The notes below the pieces were generated by a model that did no database searches, was not told the DNA's origin, and worked only from the letters and a program-made list of their open reading frames with translations. The position numbers and the translations under genes are program-made. A stretch of DNA of 64,000 nt, taken from NCBI GenBank assembly GCA_003971905.1, contig RSEE01000007.1, positions 1,054,001 through 1,118,000 on the forward strand, given 5' to 3'. This DNA comes from Moniliella sp. 'wahieum' (taxonomy: Eukaryota). Below are positions 10,442-23,727 of the stretch, piece by piece. Each line of letters opens with the position of its first letter. Position 1 is the first letter of the stretch.

Positions 10442-13400
10442 ATGGACGCCATCCCGCCCGACGATCCGTCCCCCTTCGCATTCACGTCCCACCGCCCAGC
10501 CCGCCGTCGGATGTGTCCGACGCAGACACCGAGCCCGAGCGCCCACGCTTCCGCCCGGCACCAGCCGTCGCCCGCCGCCGCCGCCGCCTCGGCCCCGTTC
10601 TTGTTTGGCTCCGTTGGGGGCGACGGCCATGTCCTTCACAGCAATCCTCTCCAACGCCCCAGCACGAGCCGCGGCACTCCGTCCACGCCGACCGCTGCGC
10701 CTGCTGGTGCGTCATCCCGCGCCTTCCTCACCTCGGCTCGGCCCCTGACCAGCACTGGCCCGCCAGCATCCCCATCCGCGCCTACCTCAGTCCTTGCGGC
10801 TGCATCACCACTCGCTTCTCCATCTGCAGTGCACCTGACCTCTCCCGCCCTTTGACGTCCACCTCCCGCCCCAAGACCGTGTTCGCGACCAACCTGGCCT
10901 CCGAGCGGAGGTCTGCTCACCCCCCCCGTCTCTTCCGAGGGTTTGCAGCCCATTGTCTCGCTCAACAAGAATGGTCGCTCTACCGCCGAAGAGGAAATGC
11001 GTGCGCCGCATGATCCGCGAAGAGTACGAGGAGGATTCAGAGGAAGAGGATCTGACCGGTGTCTTTGCTTTTATGCGTCCCATCACACCCTTGGAACCAA
11101 TCCAGGCGGGGGGCTCCTTTGAGATTCCACGCGACTCCCCCTCACCTCCCCCCCTGCTCTGCCACCAGCTTCCAGTGATCCTCCCAACGACGTGCAGGAC
11201 ACTGCTACCTTCCCTACCAACCCCAACCCCAACCTCAACCAATACGAGACACAAACGACCCACCTCCATCTCAACCACCTTCGATCCCCACCAGTCCACC
11301 ATTCCAACGCTCCCCTCTGGTGCCCCACACCCATCCTACTACTACGACCCTGGACCTACCGACCTCCCCATCCCTCTCACGATACTGATCGCTCCAAGCA
11401 ACAGCCCTCCTCTTCCGGCTCGAACGGCCTGCCTACCGCGTCGAACAGCCACGACTTGGCCCCAGAAATCAGGGTGGATGCTTCGTTCCCATATAATCCT
11501 GCCGCAGCCCAATCCAAGGGAGCTGGGCACACACATGTTTTTGGCCCTGTGGCAAATGAGTCCCTGGCTTCTCTGCAGGCGTCGGGGAAAGAGGGAAAGA
11601 CATGTACCCATGGCGACGCTCGGAGCTGGGCCCCTGCCCACCCTGCGCAAGACGATGGATGAAGCCGAGGACCGACCAAGCGGATCCAGTGGTCCCCGTC
11701 CCGCCGATTTTGTGTACGAGACGCGCCAGGTTCGAAAGAGAAAACCCCAGATGGTGGTTGTAGAGAACACGCCCGGCGGGGACAGCCCGTACATTGAGGT
11801 CCGATGCAGCGTTCAGAGCGACGACGATACGACCGAGGAGTGCAACACGCTCCGTGTGTGGGTGATTGCCTTTGTCGTTCTCACAGTCACGCTTGCTGCC
11901 AACTGTTATTACCTTCCGTTCCCCTTCGCCCACCTTTACGGTTCCGCTCATTGTTCTCTTTACCTGGCCGTTGGGACGGGCGTGGGCACGCTACATGCCC
12001 AACGTGGCCATTCCACTGCCCGCTCTGCTTTTCGGACAAGGGGCGCGACTTGCTATTAACCCTTACCCTGGACCATGGACGATGAAGGAGCACGCCCTCA
12101 TTTCCCAGCTGGGGATGGTGACCATCAACAGCTACATTACCTACCCCATCTACACGCTCACCGCCATTGACAACCGGTTTCTTTGGGACCACAACATTAA
12201 GGGTGGGGCGTTCGCCTATGGCTTGCTCATCGCCTGGTCGGCTGCTCTGTTTTTGGAATCGGGATGGCCGGCGTCACACGCAGTTTCCTGGTGCAAGCGG
12301 CCAGTACGATTTGGCCGCACAACCTTTCGATCTCGCTCTTGATTAACATTCTTCATGCCGAGGAGGACCCGCCGCCGGGGGAGTTGGGCCGGGTGCAGTA
12401 CTTCCAAGTTGTTCTGCTGGGCATGTTTTGCTGGCAATGGATTCCCACCTACTTGTTCACTGGTCTGAGCATGTTCAACTTCATCTGTTGGGCTGCACCC
12501 AATTCCGTCGTGGCCAATCACCTCTTTGGATACCGCAACGGCCTGAGCCTCTTGCCCCTCACGTTTGACTGGTCCCAGGTCCACATTCTGTTCGCCACTG
12601 ATCCCCCGTGGTGGACGGGACTCAATCTCTTAATCACCTATGGGTTCTTTTGGGTCTTCCTCGGTACCGTGCTCTTGTTTACCAATGTAGGTCTCCCCTC
12701 CGCGCCCCTCCACCTTTCTCCACATGCTAACCTTTTTGACTTACAGAGCATGGACATGGGCTACCTTCCTATGTTGGGGTCGGGGCTGTACAACAAATTT
12801 GGTCAGTCGTACGACGTTCTTCGCGTGTTAAACCACCCGCATGGCGTACTCGATGAAGCCAACTACGAGGCCTATTCGCCGCTGTACGTTTCGTACGGGT
12901 ACTACATGATGTACTACGCTGGTTTGGCCATGCCCATGGCGCTTCTCGTTCACTTTGCCTTGCACCACCACTCGTCTGTGGTCCATACCATCAAATTTGG
13001 CAAACCTGAAAAGGACGATATTCACGCCAAGCTCATGAGCCATTACCCCCAGGTGCCTACCTGGGTCTACCTCTTACTTTTCCCCTCCTTTGCTGTGGCA
13101 GTGGGGGTGGTACGGGGGCTGGAGACGGGAATGCCAATCTACAGTGTGCTGGTTGCATTTGGCATTGTTCTGTCTTTTTCCTTCCTGCTGGCGTTGTCTT
13201 TGCCCAGACCAACTTGTTCATGACGTTCACCAATACACTGTGCGAGCTGGTGGCAGGCTACCTCCATCCAGGCTCTGCAACAGTCAACATTATGTTCAAG
13301 ACGATTGCCATCACCTCGAACAATGTTGGCATTTGTTTGCTGCGGGATGAAGATGGGGCACTACCTCAAGGTACCTCCTCGGCTCACCTTTGTTAGCCAG

Positions 13401-14001
13401 TTGCTCGCCATTCTCTGGGCGTTTGCCGTGCAGTTTGCCGTCAAAGCCTTCTTTCATGCCACGGTCCACGATCTGTGCAGCCCCAAACAGATCAACGGTA
13501 TGGTCTGCCCCGGCTCGCAGACCACGTACGCCAGCTCGGTCGCATGGGGGACGATTGGACCACAGCGCATGTTTGGGCATCGTGGGTTGTACGGTTCGCT
13601 GTACTGGAGCATGCTGTTGGTGCGTTGCTCCCGTTGCCCATTTGGCTGCTCAATAAGCGCTACAAGATGGCGCAGTTTGTCTCGGCTCCCATCTTGCTGT
13701 TGGGTGCGACCTTTATCCCTTCCTACAACCCCATCTCGGTCGTGGTCTACATCTTGCCCAACTTTATCACCCAGTGGTACGTCCGTCGTCGCTCGTTCAA
13801 GTTTTGGGATCGGTACCAGTACATCACGTCGGCCGCGCTGGATGCAGGTGCACGTTGGCCAGCTTGGCCATCTTCTTTTGTCTCCAGTTGCCCAAGCACG
13901 GCACCATCCAGCTCAATTGGGCCGGGAACGATGTGTACAAGAACAACCGCGATCATAAAGGCACTTCTTGGCTGCACGTTCCCGCACAAGGCTTCTCTTG
14001 A
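10442..14001 (+). CDS. OPT-family oligopeptide transporter (Isp4/Opt1-like) with a long low-complexity N-terminus; multiple frameshifts; intron 12687-12746
   Basis: SPYIEVRCSV motif, NTLRVW, NPYPGPWTMKEHALI, WPHNL, LPLTFDWSQV, DDIHAKLMSHYPQVPTW, MKMGHYLKVPPR, AWGTIGPQRMFG, YQYITSAALDAG, WAGNDV. The start at 10442 is less certain than the core, which begins around 11655. Confidence 0.9.
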
Positions 14002-14921
14002 TCGTTTCTTTGTTCCATTTTGCACGGCTTGATCATCCCACCTTCATCCCACCTCTCCCGTCACCCTCTCACTCTCTCTCTCTCGCCTTTCACCATCATT
14101 CCATTTCTGTTTTTCCTCACGTTCCTTTTGTGGCTGGCAGCGGCAGCTGCTGCGCTACCCAACACGCATACGCAACCGCATTTTGTGCATTTTTTTTTCA
14201 CTCATTGTTACCACAACTTTCTCATCACTGACCCTAACGTACCGTGAGCAATCCCATTGACCACCTGGTGCTTTGCATGTCGATGGAGTAGTAGCTGGGA
14301 AATCCGCCTATGGGACGTTTTTTCTGAAAGCATAGCCCAGAGCATAGCCACGTCTAATACTCGGTGCCTTTGAAATCTGGGCACGGTGTGTACATGATGG
14401 CGGAGAAGGCGAGGCGGCCGCGTGGCACCCGGCAGAGTGCCAGCGGGGTGTGATGAGGCGGGGTAAACCCACGCTGCTCCGACGCATGAGGTATGATGTG
14501 GCGGTGATGAGGGCGGTGCACATCACACTCGCCGTCTGCCGACATTTTTTCCTGGCTGGGCCTGCGATCTTCTGTGCGCCGGCGACCTCCACACGCCCAG
14601 CACGCCCAGTCCCCGCCTGGCTTTGCTGGCCCGTCGTCTGCTGGCGTGTCTGCTGTGGTTGTGCGCTCTCCGTGCTGCTGCTGGGTGAGTGTGGCTGTCG
14701 TGCTGTCCATGCCCCCCGCCCCGACCCGCACCCCCGCTCGCTTGTCCGCCGCGTGCCGAGCCTGAGCCTGCTCGGCCCTCTGTTGCCGTGCCCGTTGCTG
14801 CTGCCCGCTGCCGCTGCCCGCTTGCCCTTGCCGCTTGCCCCTTGCCGCTTGCCCCTTGCTCCTTGCCCTTGCTGCTGCCCCTGGCCTCTGTCGCTTGCCT
14901 CGCTGCGCGCGTCTGCCTGCC

Positions 14922-16241
14922 ATGTCCGCCCACTCGCCTCCTCCGAAGCTCGCCGCCCCCGCCGCCCCGCCCGCTGCGGCGGCCCCGAGCCCCCAAACCC
15001 TCCGACCCGCTGCCTCCTTCCTCGCCCCTGCCGCCCCCCCCCCCCCGCCGTCGCTGGCCATCGGCACCAACACCAGCCATGCCCTCGACGCTCCCGCAGC
15101 CGCCGTGGCCGCACCAGCGCCAACCCCAGCCCCAGCGCCAGCCGATGGCTCCGCTCGACTCACTCCTCCTCTCCAACCCTTCTACTCCCCAGTGCGAGTC
15201 CTTTTCCCCCCGGCCAGCCCCAGTGCGGCGCTGAGCCTCTCGGAGGAGGGCCCGCTGGGCGCATCAGGCGCTTCGCCTGCCTTCCCCCACTTCAAAGGCT
15301 TTGAATCCCCCACTTTTCCCTCGGCCACCACGGCCAGGTGCAGCCGTCGCAGTTGCAGCAGCACCTCGCTCCTGTTGCTCCCCATCCGGCCGACCTGCTG
15401 CTTGCGTCCGAGCCAGATGCCCAGCCCTCCCTCACGGCATCCACTTCCGGTCCGTTCTTCCAGGACATGGCCTCCATGGTTCAGCCCCTGCCTTCCACCA
15501 TGCCTGGCGCTACATCTCAACCTGCGCTGTCGTCCCTGCCGGGCCCGATCCCTTCCGCTCCCGCCCAATGCAGCTGAGGGACCCGTGCACATGGCCCTGT
15601 CGAGCACAGCATGCACTTCCCCAGCTCCATCTCCCATCTCTTCTTTCAGCATGCCCAGCTGTGGCCCGCGCCATCCGCCTACTTTTACCAGCCGCGGGCG
15701 GGACCTGTGACAGCCATGCCAGCTGGCTCGCCCGATCGCTTGAACTTCTTTTCCACTACATCAAGCAGCATCTCAACCTCGCCTGCCAGTGTCATGACGG
15801 CGAGCACGAGTGCTAGCGCTTTGCATACGCCAGACAACATGGCTGGCTCGCCAATCCAGCGGCGGTCTCGTCGATCGCTCGGTGCTACGGTCGATGCACG
15901 CATGCCGGCATCCGTGGACGCATGCGGGCCAAGGGCACGTTTTCCTGCTGTTTCTGTGGCATCAATGTCAGCCGTGTGGACAGCCTCACCCGCACATCAA
16001 GCGCAAACATCCCCTTGAAGTTCAGCAAGCGGGCGGGAATCTAGGACTGGGCCCCTTGGGTCTCCCGCGCTTTTCGCCGCCGCGGCCAAGCCCCGCCCCG
16101 TCGACGAGTGCCAGTGTGGCCTCTTCCCCGGGGGAAAGTATGTCGGGCTCGGGCAAGCGAATCCTCTGCCAACTCTGTGGTCTGTCTCTTTCGCGTACCG
16201 ACAGTTTGGCGCGCCACATCAAGAAACAGCACCCCCATTAA
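14922..16241 (+). CDS. C2H2 zinc-finger transcription factor with two separated fingers; frameshifted
   Basis: Pro/Ala/Ser-rich N-terminus. Finger 1 reads approximately CCFCGINVSRVDSLTRHIKRKHP (15945-16015, across shifts). Finger 2 is ILCQLCGLSLSRTDSLARHIKKQHPH-stop. The start is approximate. Confidence 0.78.
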
Positions 16242-16726
16242 CCTGTGCCCCCATCCCTTGCTCCCGCCCTGTGTAGCATGTTCTGGTGCGCTCATCCCCT
16301 GCTCCTTTGTCATTCACTTCCTATTGGTGCGCCCCCCCTCCTCCCCCCCCTATTCAACGATCCCATCGCATCTTTTGTTTTCACCCCGACTTGATTTAGC
16401 GCACCATACAATCACGACTCTCTTTGCATGCTCCATGGCCTTGTACCTCTCCTCAGCTTGCGCTTGCCTCTCGTATACCATCCCACCATTGCCCCCTGAG
16501 GCCTGAGCTCAGATAATACCCAGATTGAAAATCGGCCCTACTGTCCAGTTGCCCCAACAGCTCGAAGAATCCCTATCCATCGCACCTCTGACTAAGTGCA
16601 CTGAGACAGCATAGGGAGAGAGGCGACGGGACCTACTCGAATCCGATGCCTGTAAGTCAACTAGATCATACAATGAGCTCTCTGAGCAAGGTTTGAGTAC
16701 GGTCCCAAACGTAGAGAGAGGTCCCA

Positions 16727-17931
16727 TCAGATGGCGCCCGGCTTGACCGCGTTGAGCTGCACCGAGCCCACAGCCGCAATGCCCGCCAGTGTCTTGGCCG
16801 CTTCGTCCAACTGGCCAAGGAGGAGAACCGAGTCGAGACGAGAAGGTTGTTGGTTCAGCTTGAAGAGCTTGTTCACATCTCCACGGGCAGAGGAGCTTGT
16901 CCCTGAGCCTCCCGTGCTGCGTTCTCGGCCGTCTTACGCTCCAGGTACTCGGCCGCGCGCGCCCGCTCGCGCGTCAACTGCCGCAGCTGGAATCCAATGT
17001 TGCCTGCCTCGCTCGAGTACTCGTCGAGACTGTCCAAGGTCGTTTCCACCGCCGTCGTGAGCGTCGGGGTCAGCGCCAAGGTCAAGTTGGCATTCGGCAC
17101 ATGCGTGTCGAGAGGCACCGACGGGCCACGGAGCAGTTCCTGCGTCGACAGTGGCACAGCGCGAGGAGCAGCCTCAGGCACAGTCGAAAGCGTAGGATGA
17201 ACGCATCCAAAATGCCGTGTTGTGCAACGTCACCGGAATCTCAATCAGCACCTTGGAGAAGGTGAGCTCGTGGTCAATCAAACTCTGTACGTTGAACTTG
17301 CCCTCGGTGTAAGCAGCAATAAACTCGGGAGAGAGACGGAAAGCACGAAGGGCAGTGTTGCCCATGGCCGACTGGGCCAAGTCGTGGGCCAACAGGATGG
17401 CCCGTCCAGCACCAGGCGTGCCCGATTTTTCAATCAGACTCGACACGGCAAACAGCGCGTCGATGACGGTTGCATTGAGGAACTGACCCATGAAGCAGCC
17501 CACATACAGACCCACCGGGTTGGCATCCGCGTTTACTTCGCGCAGGTTGCGGATCATCGCCGCCGTATAGCGCGAAACAAGCTTCTTGACCGCATTCTCC
17601 AGCTCGGCGCCCTCCTCACGTTCCGAGTGGGAGGGAAGCGCCGGAAGAGCAAAGCCATTGCTCGCCTCGACAGAGCCACCGAGGTCAAGCCCAAGAAGCA
17701 CGCCGTAGGCAGGGGAGGGTGGGAGTCGCGGCTGTGCTGGACAAGCTTGCTGAGGGCAAGGCCATCAAGACGGAGGGACGTGGTGGTCTCCTTGGACGCC
17801 TCGTGGAGCGCCCAAGCCGCCTTGTCAAGTTGACGTTGGGCAGCCTCGCTGCGTTTTTCAGTCTTCTTCTCCTCGGCTTGTTGCTGGGCAGCAACAGCAG
17901 CCGCTGCCGTCTGGGCAAAGGGAATGGCCAT
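16727..17931 (-). CDS. EIF3H: Translation initiation factor eIF3 subunit H (MPN domain); frameshifted
   Basis: LRLDGLALSKLVQH..GVLLGLDLGGSVEASNGFALP, MIRNLREVNADANPVGLY, ILLAHDLAQSAMGNTALRAFRLSPEF, LIEIPVTLHN, YQLRQLTRERAR, RKTAENAAR, EQQPSRLDSVLLLGQLD. Confidence 0.9.
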
Positions 17932-18140
17932 TGTCGTCGTCAGCGGCGTCGGCGTCGTCGTCGTCGGGGTAAGGCTGGGCGGAGGGACCGAGGGAAGAAA
18001 AAAATGGCACCAGGGGGGCGGGGCGCTAGGGTTGCCTCGGTTCCGCCGCCCACTTCCATTCCGCCCACGCCCTTTGCCATAAAAGGATGCGTGGCCTCGT
18101 GAAGGTACCCGACCACCACCACCCACCTGCTTCGTCCGCG

Positions 18141-18557
18141 ATGGCCTCGAGCACGTCCAACCTATCCTACTACGAGCTGTATCGCCGCAGCAGGTATGGA
18201 CTGTCTTGTTTTGCGTCTACTAGATCACTTTCCCTTGCTGACATCTCGGCTTGCCCTGGGCAGCATCGGGATCCACCTTACCGATGCGCTTGACGAGCTG
18301 ATCCAAGCTGGTTCCATCCCGCCCGTGTTGGCGATGAAGGTGCTGATGCAGTTTGATCGCTCCGTGGCGGAAACGGTGCGCAAACAAGTGAGGAGCAAGT
18401 GTTCGGTCAAAGGCTACCTCAAGCACTACAACCACTGCTACGAGGTTTGGACCTGCAGGTGACCAAGGGCAACCTGAAACTCGACAATGGCCAGCAGATC
18501 CCGATTGACAATGTCCGCATTGTCGCCTGCAAAGCACCAGAAAATACTGGTCGCTAA
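18141..18557 (+). CDS. TOA2: Transcription initiation factor IIA gamma (small) subunit; intron 18194-18263
   Basis: YYELYRRS|SIGIHLTDALDELIQAGSIPPVLAMKVLMQFDRSVAE..KGYLKHYNHCYEVWT..VRIVACK. Intron GTATGG..GCTGAC..CAG. One shift near 18453. Confidence 0.94.
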
Positions 18558-19922
18558 TACGTCAATTGGGCTTTGCTAGCGTCCAGCTCCCCCTCTCGAC
18601 TTGGGCTCCCCTCATCAAATCGTTCCTGTCATATGTGTACTTTTAGCAAAATTCCCATTCTTATCACCCTACATTGCACCCATCTGAAAGCCTAATTGGT
18701 GATAGTAGTTCGAGCTGCGCCACTCGACTCCCCGCTTCAGATCCGAAATGCGGAGCCCGACAGTCAGAAGGTGGTGTCCATGGGCTCTCGTCCTTCAGCG
18801 GGTCGGGTTGATGGAGAAAGTGCGGAACCTACTATTTGCAAGTCGCCATGGTGAAAGTTCCGTTGTCATGGGGCTGCTTTTCGAACTGCAATAGTGTATG
18901 ACGGTTAGTTCCTTTAGGACCCATCATGAAGATAGTATAGAATTGCAATCGTTGCTGAATATGGAGAACGTCCATCGTGGACACCAAGAGAAGTTGATGA
19001 AACCGATCGGCGATCTATATCTGTGAAAGGAGTGCATAAGCGTCGTCACTGCAGAGACGCTTACCTGTTCGGTCTGGTATACGACATTGCGCTAATGATG
19101 GTCGATAAAAGTAACGTTCAACGATGCTGAGGTACTGATGGACGTGTTGAACGTTGAACGTTGAGCATGGAGCGGCGTACATAATCGAGAAGGTTGCTGG
19201 GAGGGTGGCTACAAGACAACGATGTGCTGTCGAACAGACGCCCAATATTACACACCTGAGGCCTCTCAAGTACACCATGTACCCATTTCCTGTCAGTGGT
19301 GTATTACTAGCTGCCCCGGGGTCACATCATTCAACGTTCAACTTGAATGCTGAAGAAGCGCTGAGGGGCTGATTCAACTCAGAAGACGTTCAGGGAGCGC
19401 TCTGCCTCCCTCTCGCGTTCAGTACCTTCAACTAAACGTTCGGCTGTCAACGCCGTCAACGACTCAACGGTGGAGGTTCAACTTAAACCGCTCAGGCTGA
19501 GTACTTGGTGCGAAAACGTTCAATGCGCAGAAGACCAAGGTGTTCAAGCATGCCACCCCTCAGACCCTCAGGTCTCAGACGGCGCTGTCATCATCATCAT
19601 CATCATCGATCATCGAGAGTGAGATCGATGAGAGCTTGGCGCTTACCCCGGGGATACGGTTTATGCTGTGTCTGGAAACGAAAGTGACATCGCGTCAAAA
19701 AGCGCATGTAGATCGATCCACCAAAGTGGCCAGAGTCTCCCCTCGAGAGCAGTTGTGGTCGTAGTCATGTTCGCGGCCGCCGGGGTGTGACACGTTTGTC
19801 ACAGCATACTATAGGAAAATGTAGTTAGCTCTATTTGCATACAGTACGGGAAGTACAAGAGAAGGATTGCTATGCTATTATACTGTGGAGAGATGAGGGA
19901 AAGTTCGGGGGGAGACAGCCTT

Positions 19923-21216
19923 TTAGCGTTTCTTGCGACGCGAGGGGCGGGTAGGATCGACAATCAAATCAATCCACTCCGCCGGGCAGTCGCTTTGGCG
20001 TATATGCAGTTTGGTAAAGTGTCGACGAGCATCGTACTTGCGCGCAAAAGCTCTGTGGCATGAGGGAACCGGGCAAACGTAGGGGCGAGGTTGCTTGGGA
20101 TCGTGAATGAGGTTATGGGCGGCAAGATTGTAGAATCGGTTGAATCGTCGGCCACATTCGGGCAGATGAAGGTGCCCAGAGCCGAGCGGCCCGTGGCAGG
20201 TCGTCCTGACCAAGCCTCGGGTGCAGACGTGGCACGATGGTTCTCAGCTGAAAAGGTAAGGTCGGACTGGGTGCGCTGGTGGAATGCATGCGATCGAATA
20301 GAGTGGTCGTTTCCTGGAGAGCTGGAGTGCAGTTCCCGTGCCGACGCTCCCCGGTGGAGAGTGCGCAGCGACAAAACGGGAGGTACGCTTGGCATGTCAC
20401 ACCCCATTGCAGCTAGTTCCATCTGCCCTGATGGCACAGGGTTGGGGGAGACAGGAAGCTTCGGGACTAGTTGCGATACTTGGGCAATCATATCCAAGTC
20501 CAAAATCGAGGGGGTGCAACCGCGCAGGGGCAGCTCGAAACGATGGCATGGCGCTAGTGGGTCGCGAGGTCACTTGGTCTCCTAGAGCCTCCATCCCCCA
20601 GAGCGAAGACACAGCCTGAGGTACGGCTTTGAGCTGGGACAAGAACTTTTGTGATTTAATGTTAGTCCAATTAACGTTAACACGACAAAAATCGAAGACG
20701 ATCATCAGAAAAAAAGCTTACTCCTGGCCCATCGAGTTCAGATCCGGTCCGATCAGATGGCGAACTGAGTAGGGGGTGATTGGCTGCGAAGGGAGCGGAC
20801 GGGGCATGCCAGTTCGTTCATCCATCCGGAAATAAGCGCACTGTGCGGATCGGAATGTGGCGATCCCAAAAAGATCTGCGCGCTTTCCGAGTCACTCTGG
20901 GGGTAGCTGGCCTCAGAGGGTGGGAAGGAGGGCGAAACCAGCTCGGGCACTTCTACGCCCCCAGGAACATTGTCTTCACCCAGGCAGTGATCCATTGTAT
21001 GCATGAGCATGGCCCGTCTTGGATCGTCTTGGTAGGTTGGGGGTGGCAGGTCATGTTTGGCGGCGAGACGCAGGAATTGGACATGTTTGGGTCCAAAAAG
21101 GGAAACAAGGCCGACACATTTGACAATGGCAACATAGTCGACCCCATCTCAAAGGGTTGGGCGCTGGTAGGGGCGATCGTCGGTGCGTCGTTGTCGTTTC
21201 GTAGGAAGTTAGACAT
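19923..21216 (-). CDS. C2H2 zinc-finger transcription factor (two tandem C-terminal fingers); intron about 20617-20721; frameshifted
   Basis: FIC..PECGRRFNRFYNLAAHNLIHDPKQPRPYVCPVPSCHRAFARKYDARRHFTKLH. Upstream S/P-rich ORFs are on the same strand. Intron GTAAG..ACTAAC..CAG. Confidence 0.82.
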
Positions 21217-23141
21217 GGGGTGAATGCTTCTTCGTTTCTTAGTCGTGAGGTAATGGAAGGGAAGGAGAGAGGTGTGGCCTCAAAAGTAGGACGTGGTGGT
21301 TCGAGCTAAGAAAGAGGGAAGACGAGATATCCAGAAGCTTTATATCGCTAAAGTTGAGTCCGCACAGGCGTTGTCGGGTATGCTGTTGTCATCATCGAGA
21401 TTGCCTGCGATATTGCATGACGGACACACCGTTGGTGTTGCATCAAAAGCACCCTGAACGCCATCGTTTTCTCGATCTCTGCTGCTGTTTAACGTCTAGT
21501 ATACCTTGGAACTGGCGGGGGGGAGAGGTTTGTCTATACTTGGGAGGGTATTTTGGACAAGCTACGGGGCAGAAGCGGCGGCAGTATGTGCCGGCAGCAT
21601 GCATCAGTCGACACCTCAGCACGAGAAATGACGATGATCGAGGCTTGTATGTGGCATTAGTCTGTTGCGCAGAGAGATGATGATCATACAATGCGTGATG
21701 ATGTGTAAGCGTATGAACGCTCAGGCTGAGCGCTGAACGTTTTGAATCACACTTGACATAAAGCTTCAAGCTTCACGCGCAACGCACACGAGGAAGCTGC
21801 TCATCTACGTATCGTATAGGAGACGTTGGCTGACGCGCTGAGAGGCTGAGATCTTGTCTAGGATGTGAGATCCAACGTGTGTTAGAGGGTTGGAAGAGGC
21901 AGGGTCTGGTAGGACTTGTGTACTTAGTCCTTTTGGACCGGGTACCGTTACCGGATCGCGGCTACGGCATCCGAGACAAGTCGCACAGGCTTTGCTTGGC
22001 GGGAAACTCCAGGGCCAGTGTTGTGGAAGCCACAGAATGGGCACTGCGGCAGCTGAATTCCGAGATGGTCGCGCTGGAACTGATCGATCATTGATTGCGA
22101 TGATCATTGCGTTCTCTTTCTCCCTATCTGACTACTTGGAATGTTTTGACTCTGTTTCTCTCTCTTCTTTGCTTGACCTGCCGTTCTCGCTCGTTGGCGG
22201 GGTGTTGTCACCGGGATCACCGGCCGGCGGGGTTGGGGAGTTGCGTTTGTGTTGGGCGGCCGATTGTTCTCCGGTGTTCTGGTTGGCGGGGCTTGAGGCT
22301 TGTGAGGTTGATGGGATATAACGAGCTCAACGGCATCCGTTGCTTGTCTCCTTTCCCCCACCTTTGGCTTCAATTGCCCCCTGACTCCTACCCGGCTTCG
22401 TGCCATCTCGACTCCTCACCTAGCTCGCTGCTTCCCTCTCTGCCCTCGCCTTGATCCCCGGTGCTTCTCTCTGCCACAGACCGTAGTTGTCGCCAGTCCG
22501 ATTGCTCGGCCAACGCAGCAATTGGGGACCCCTAGATGGATCCCAGCCGAACACAGAGAAGGGTAAAACGTTAAGCTTTAAGCTAAGCGTTAAACTACGG
22601 CGAACGTTGATTCGTGAGATCATCGATCCGTGACAAGAGTGATTAGTGACTAATGTTCGAGTGGTAGTGATGTGGTTGTGGGACTTGGGGCATTGAATAT
22701 GGAACGAGGTTGGCACTGGTGTGGCACTCCAGAACCACACGCACAATATCCCAATCGTCTTACCCCCGCTGTCACTTAAACAGAGCCTGCTCTATGTCGC
22801 ATATACACACAGCAATGATTAAAATGAGAAGACCACACACACACAGCGCCGACAATAAACGACTGACGCTTTCTAAGTGATCTGCGCCTCAACCAACGTG
22901 TATATGCAAAGATCTCAAGCTCCTCAAGTCAAGGTATATGCTGCATGCATGGAGATGATCCTCACAGTCAACTATTCCGTCAGCAAATGGGAAAACAATA
23001 AATGTGACTACACGTCCACTGATGCACTGATGTACTGATGGCACTGCATGTATTATGATCACTCAAAATTGGTGTGCCAAACATTTGGGGGGTATGCCCA
23101 TATACATGCGGAAAGCACATGTTTTGTGTGGTCAGGCGACC

Positions 23142-23173
23142 GGGGGGGGGGGGGGGGGGGTGGGGTAGGGGGG
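23142..23173 (+). repeat. Poly-G tract (G19 followed by G4 and G6 runs), G-quadruplex-capable
   Basis: Directly visible: G19-T-GGGG-TA-GGGGGG. Confidence 0.85.
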
Positions 23174-23727
23174 ACGATAGGGTTGGCTTACTACCTGGCT
23201 TGCTACCGCCCAGTGGCGAAAAATCCTGATACCTTTTCTATACTGAACGTACTGATACAGCCTCTTATCATCTAAGTATGCTATTACTAGCTTACTCTTG
23301 AGTTCGAATAACACTCATCGAATCGCTAGTATTAGTCATTGGTAATAGCTAGTAACTATAGTAACTATAGTCCCAGCCACTAGCCCTAGTCACTGCTCAC
23401 GAGAGGACTCACTTTTCTCTACTATTCTGCACTATGGATACCCGCTCTGGGGTACGTTTTCGCGAGGAGTCGAAGAGGGGGAAGTGCTAGCACCGATCTA
23501 TAGAGATGTGGATTGCAGATTACATGTTACAGAAGGTATTACTCGGACGGCAGCGGTGGTGGTGAAACAAACCAGAGATCTGCCACACATCCGATCAAAC
23601 GCTCTAAGGATCTGGGATTTGATACCAAAGATCTAGCGCCTAGCATACAGTATCTGATATCTGCGATCTGCTATGCACGATGTGAGACGTGACGCGTGAG
23701 AGATCTGAGACATACATGGGATCAATT

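Noticed and set aside
14308..15304. Long overlapping ORFs on both strands upstream of the C2H2 gene
   Set aside because: GC-rich low-complexity DNA with TTGCCCC-type repeats lacks stop codons by composition; no domains are present.
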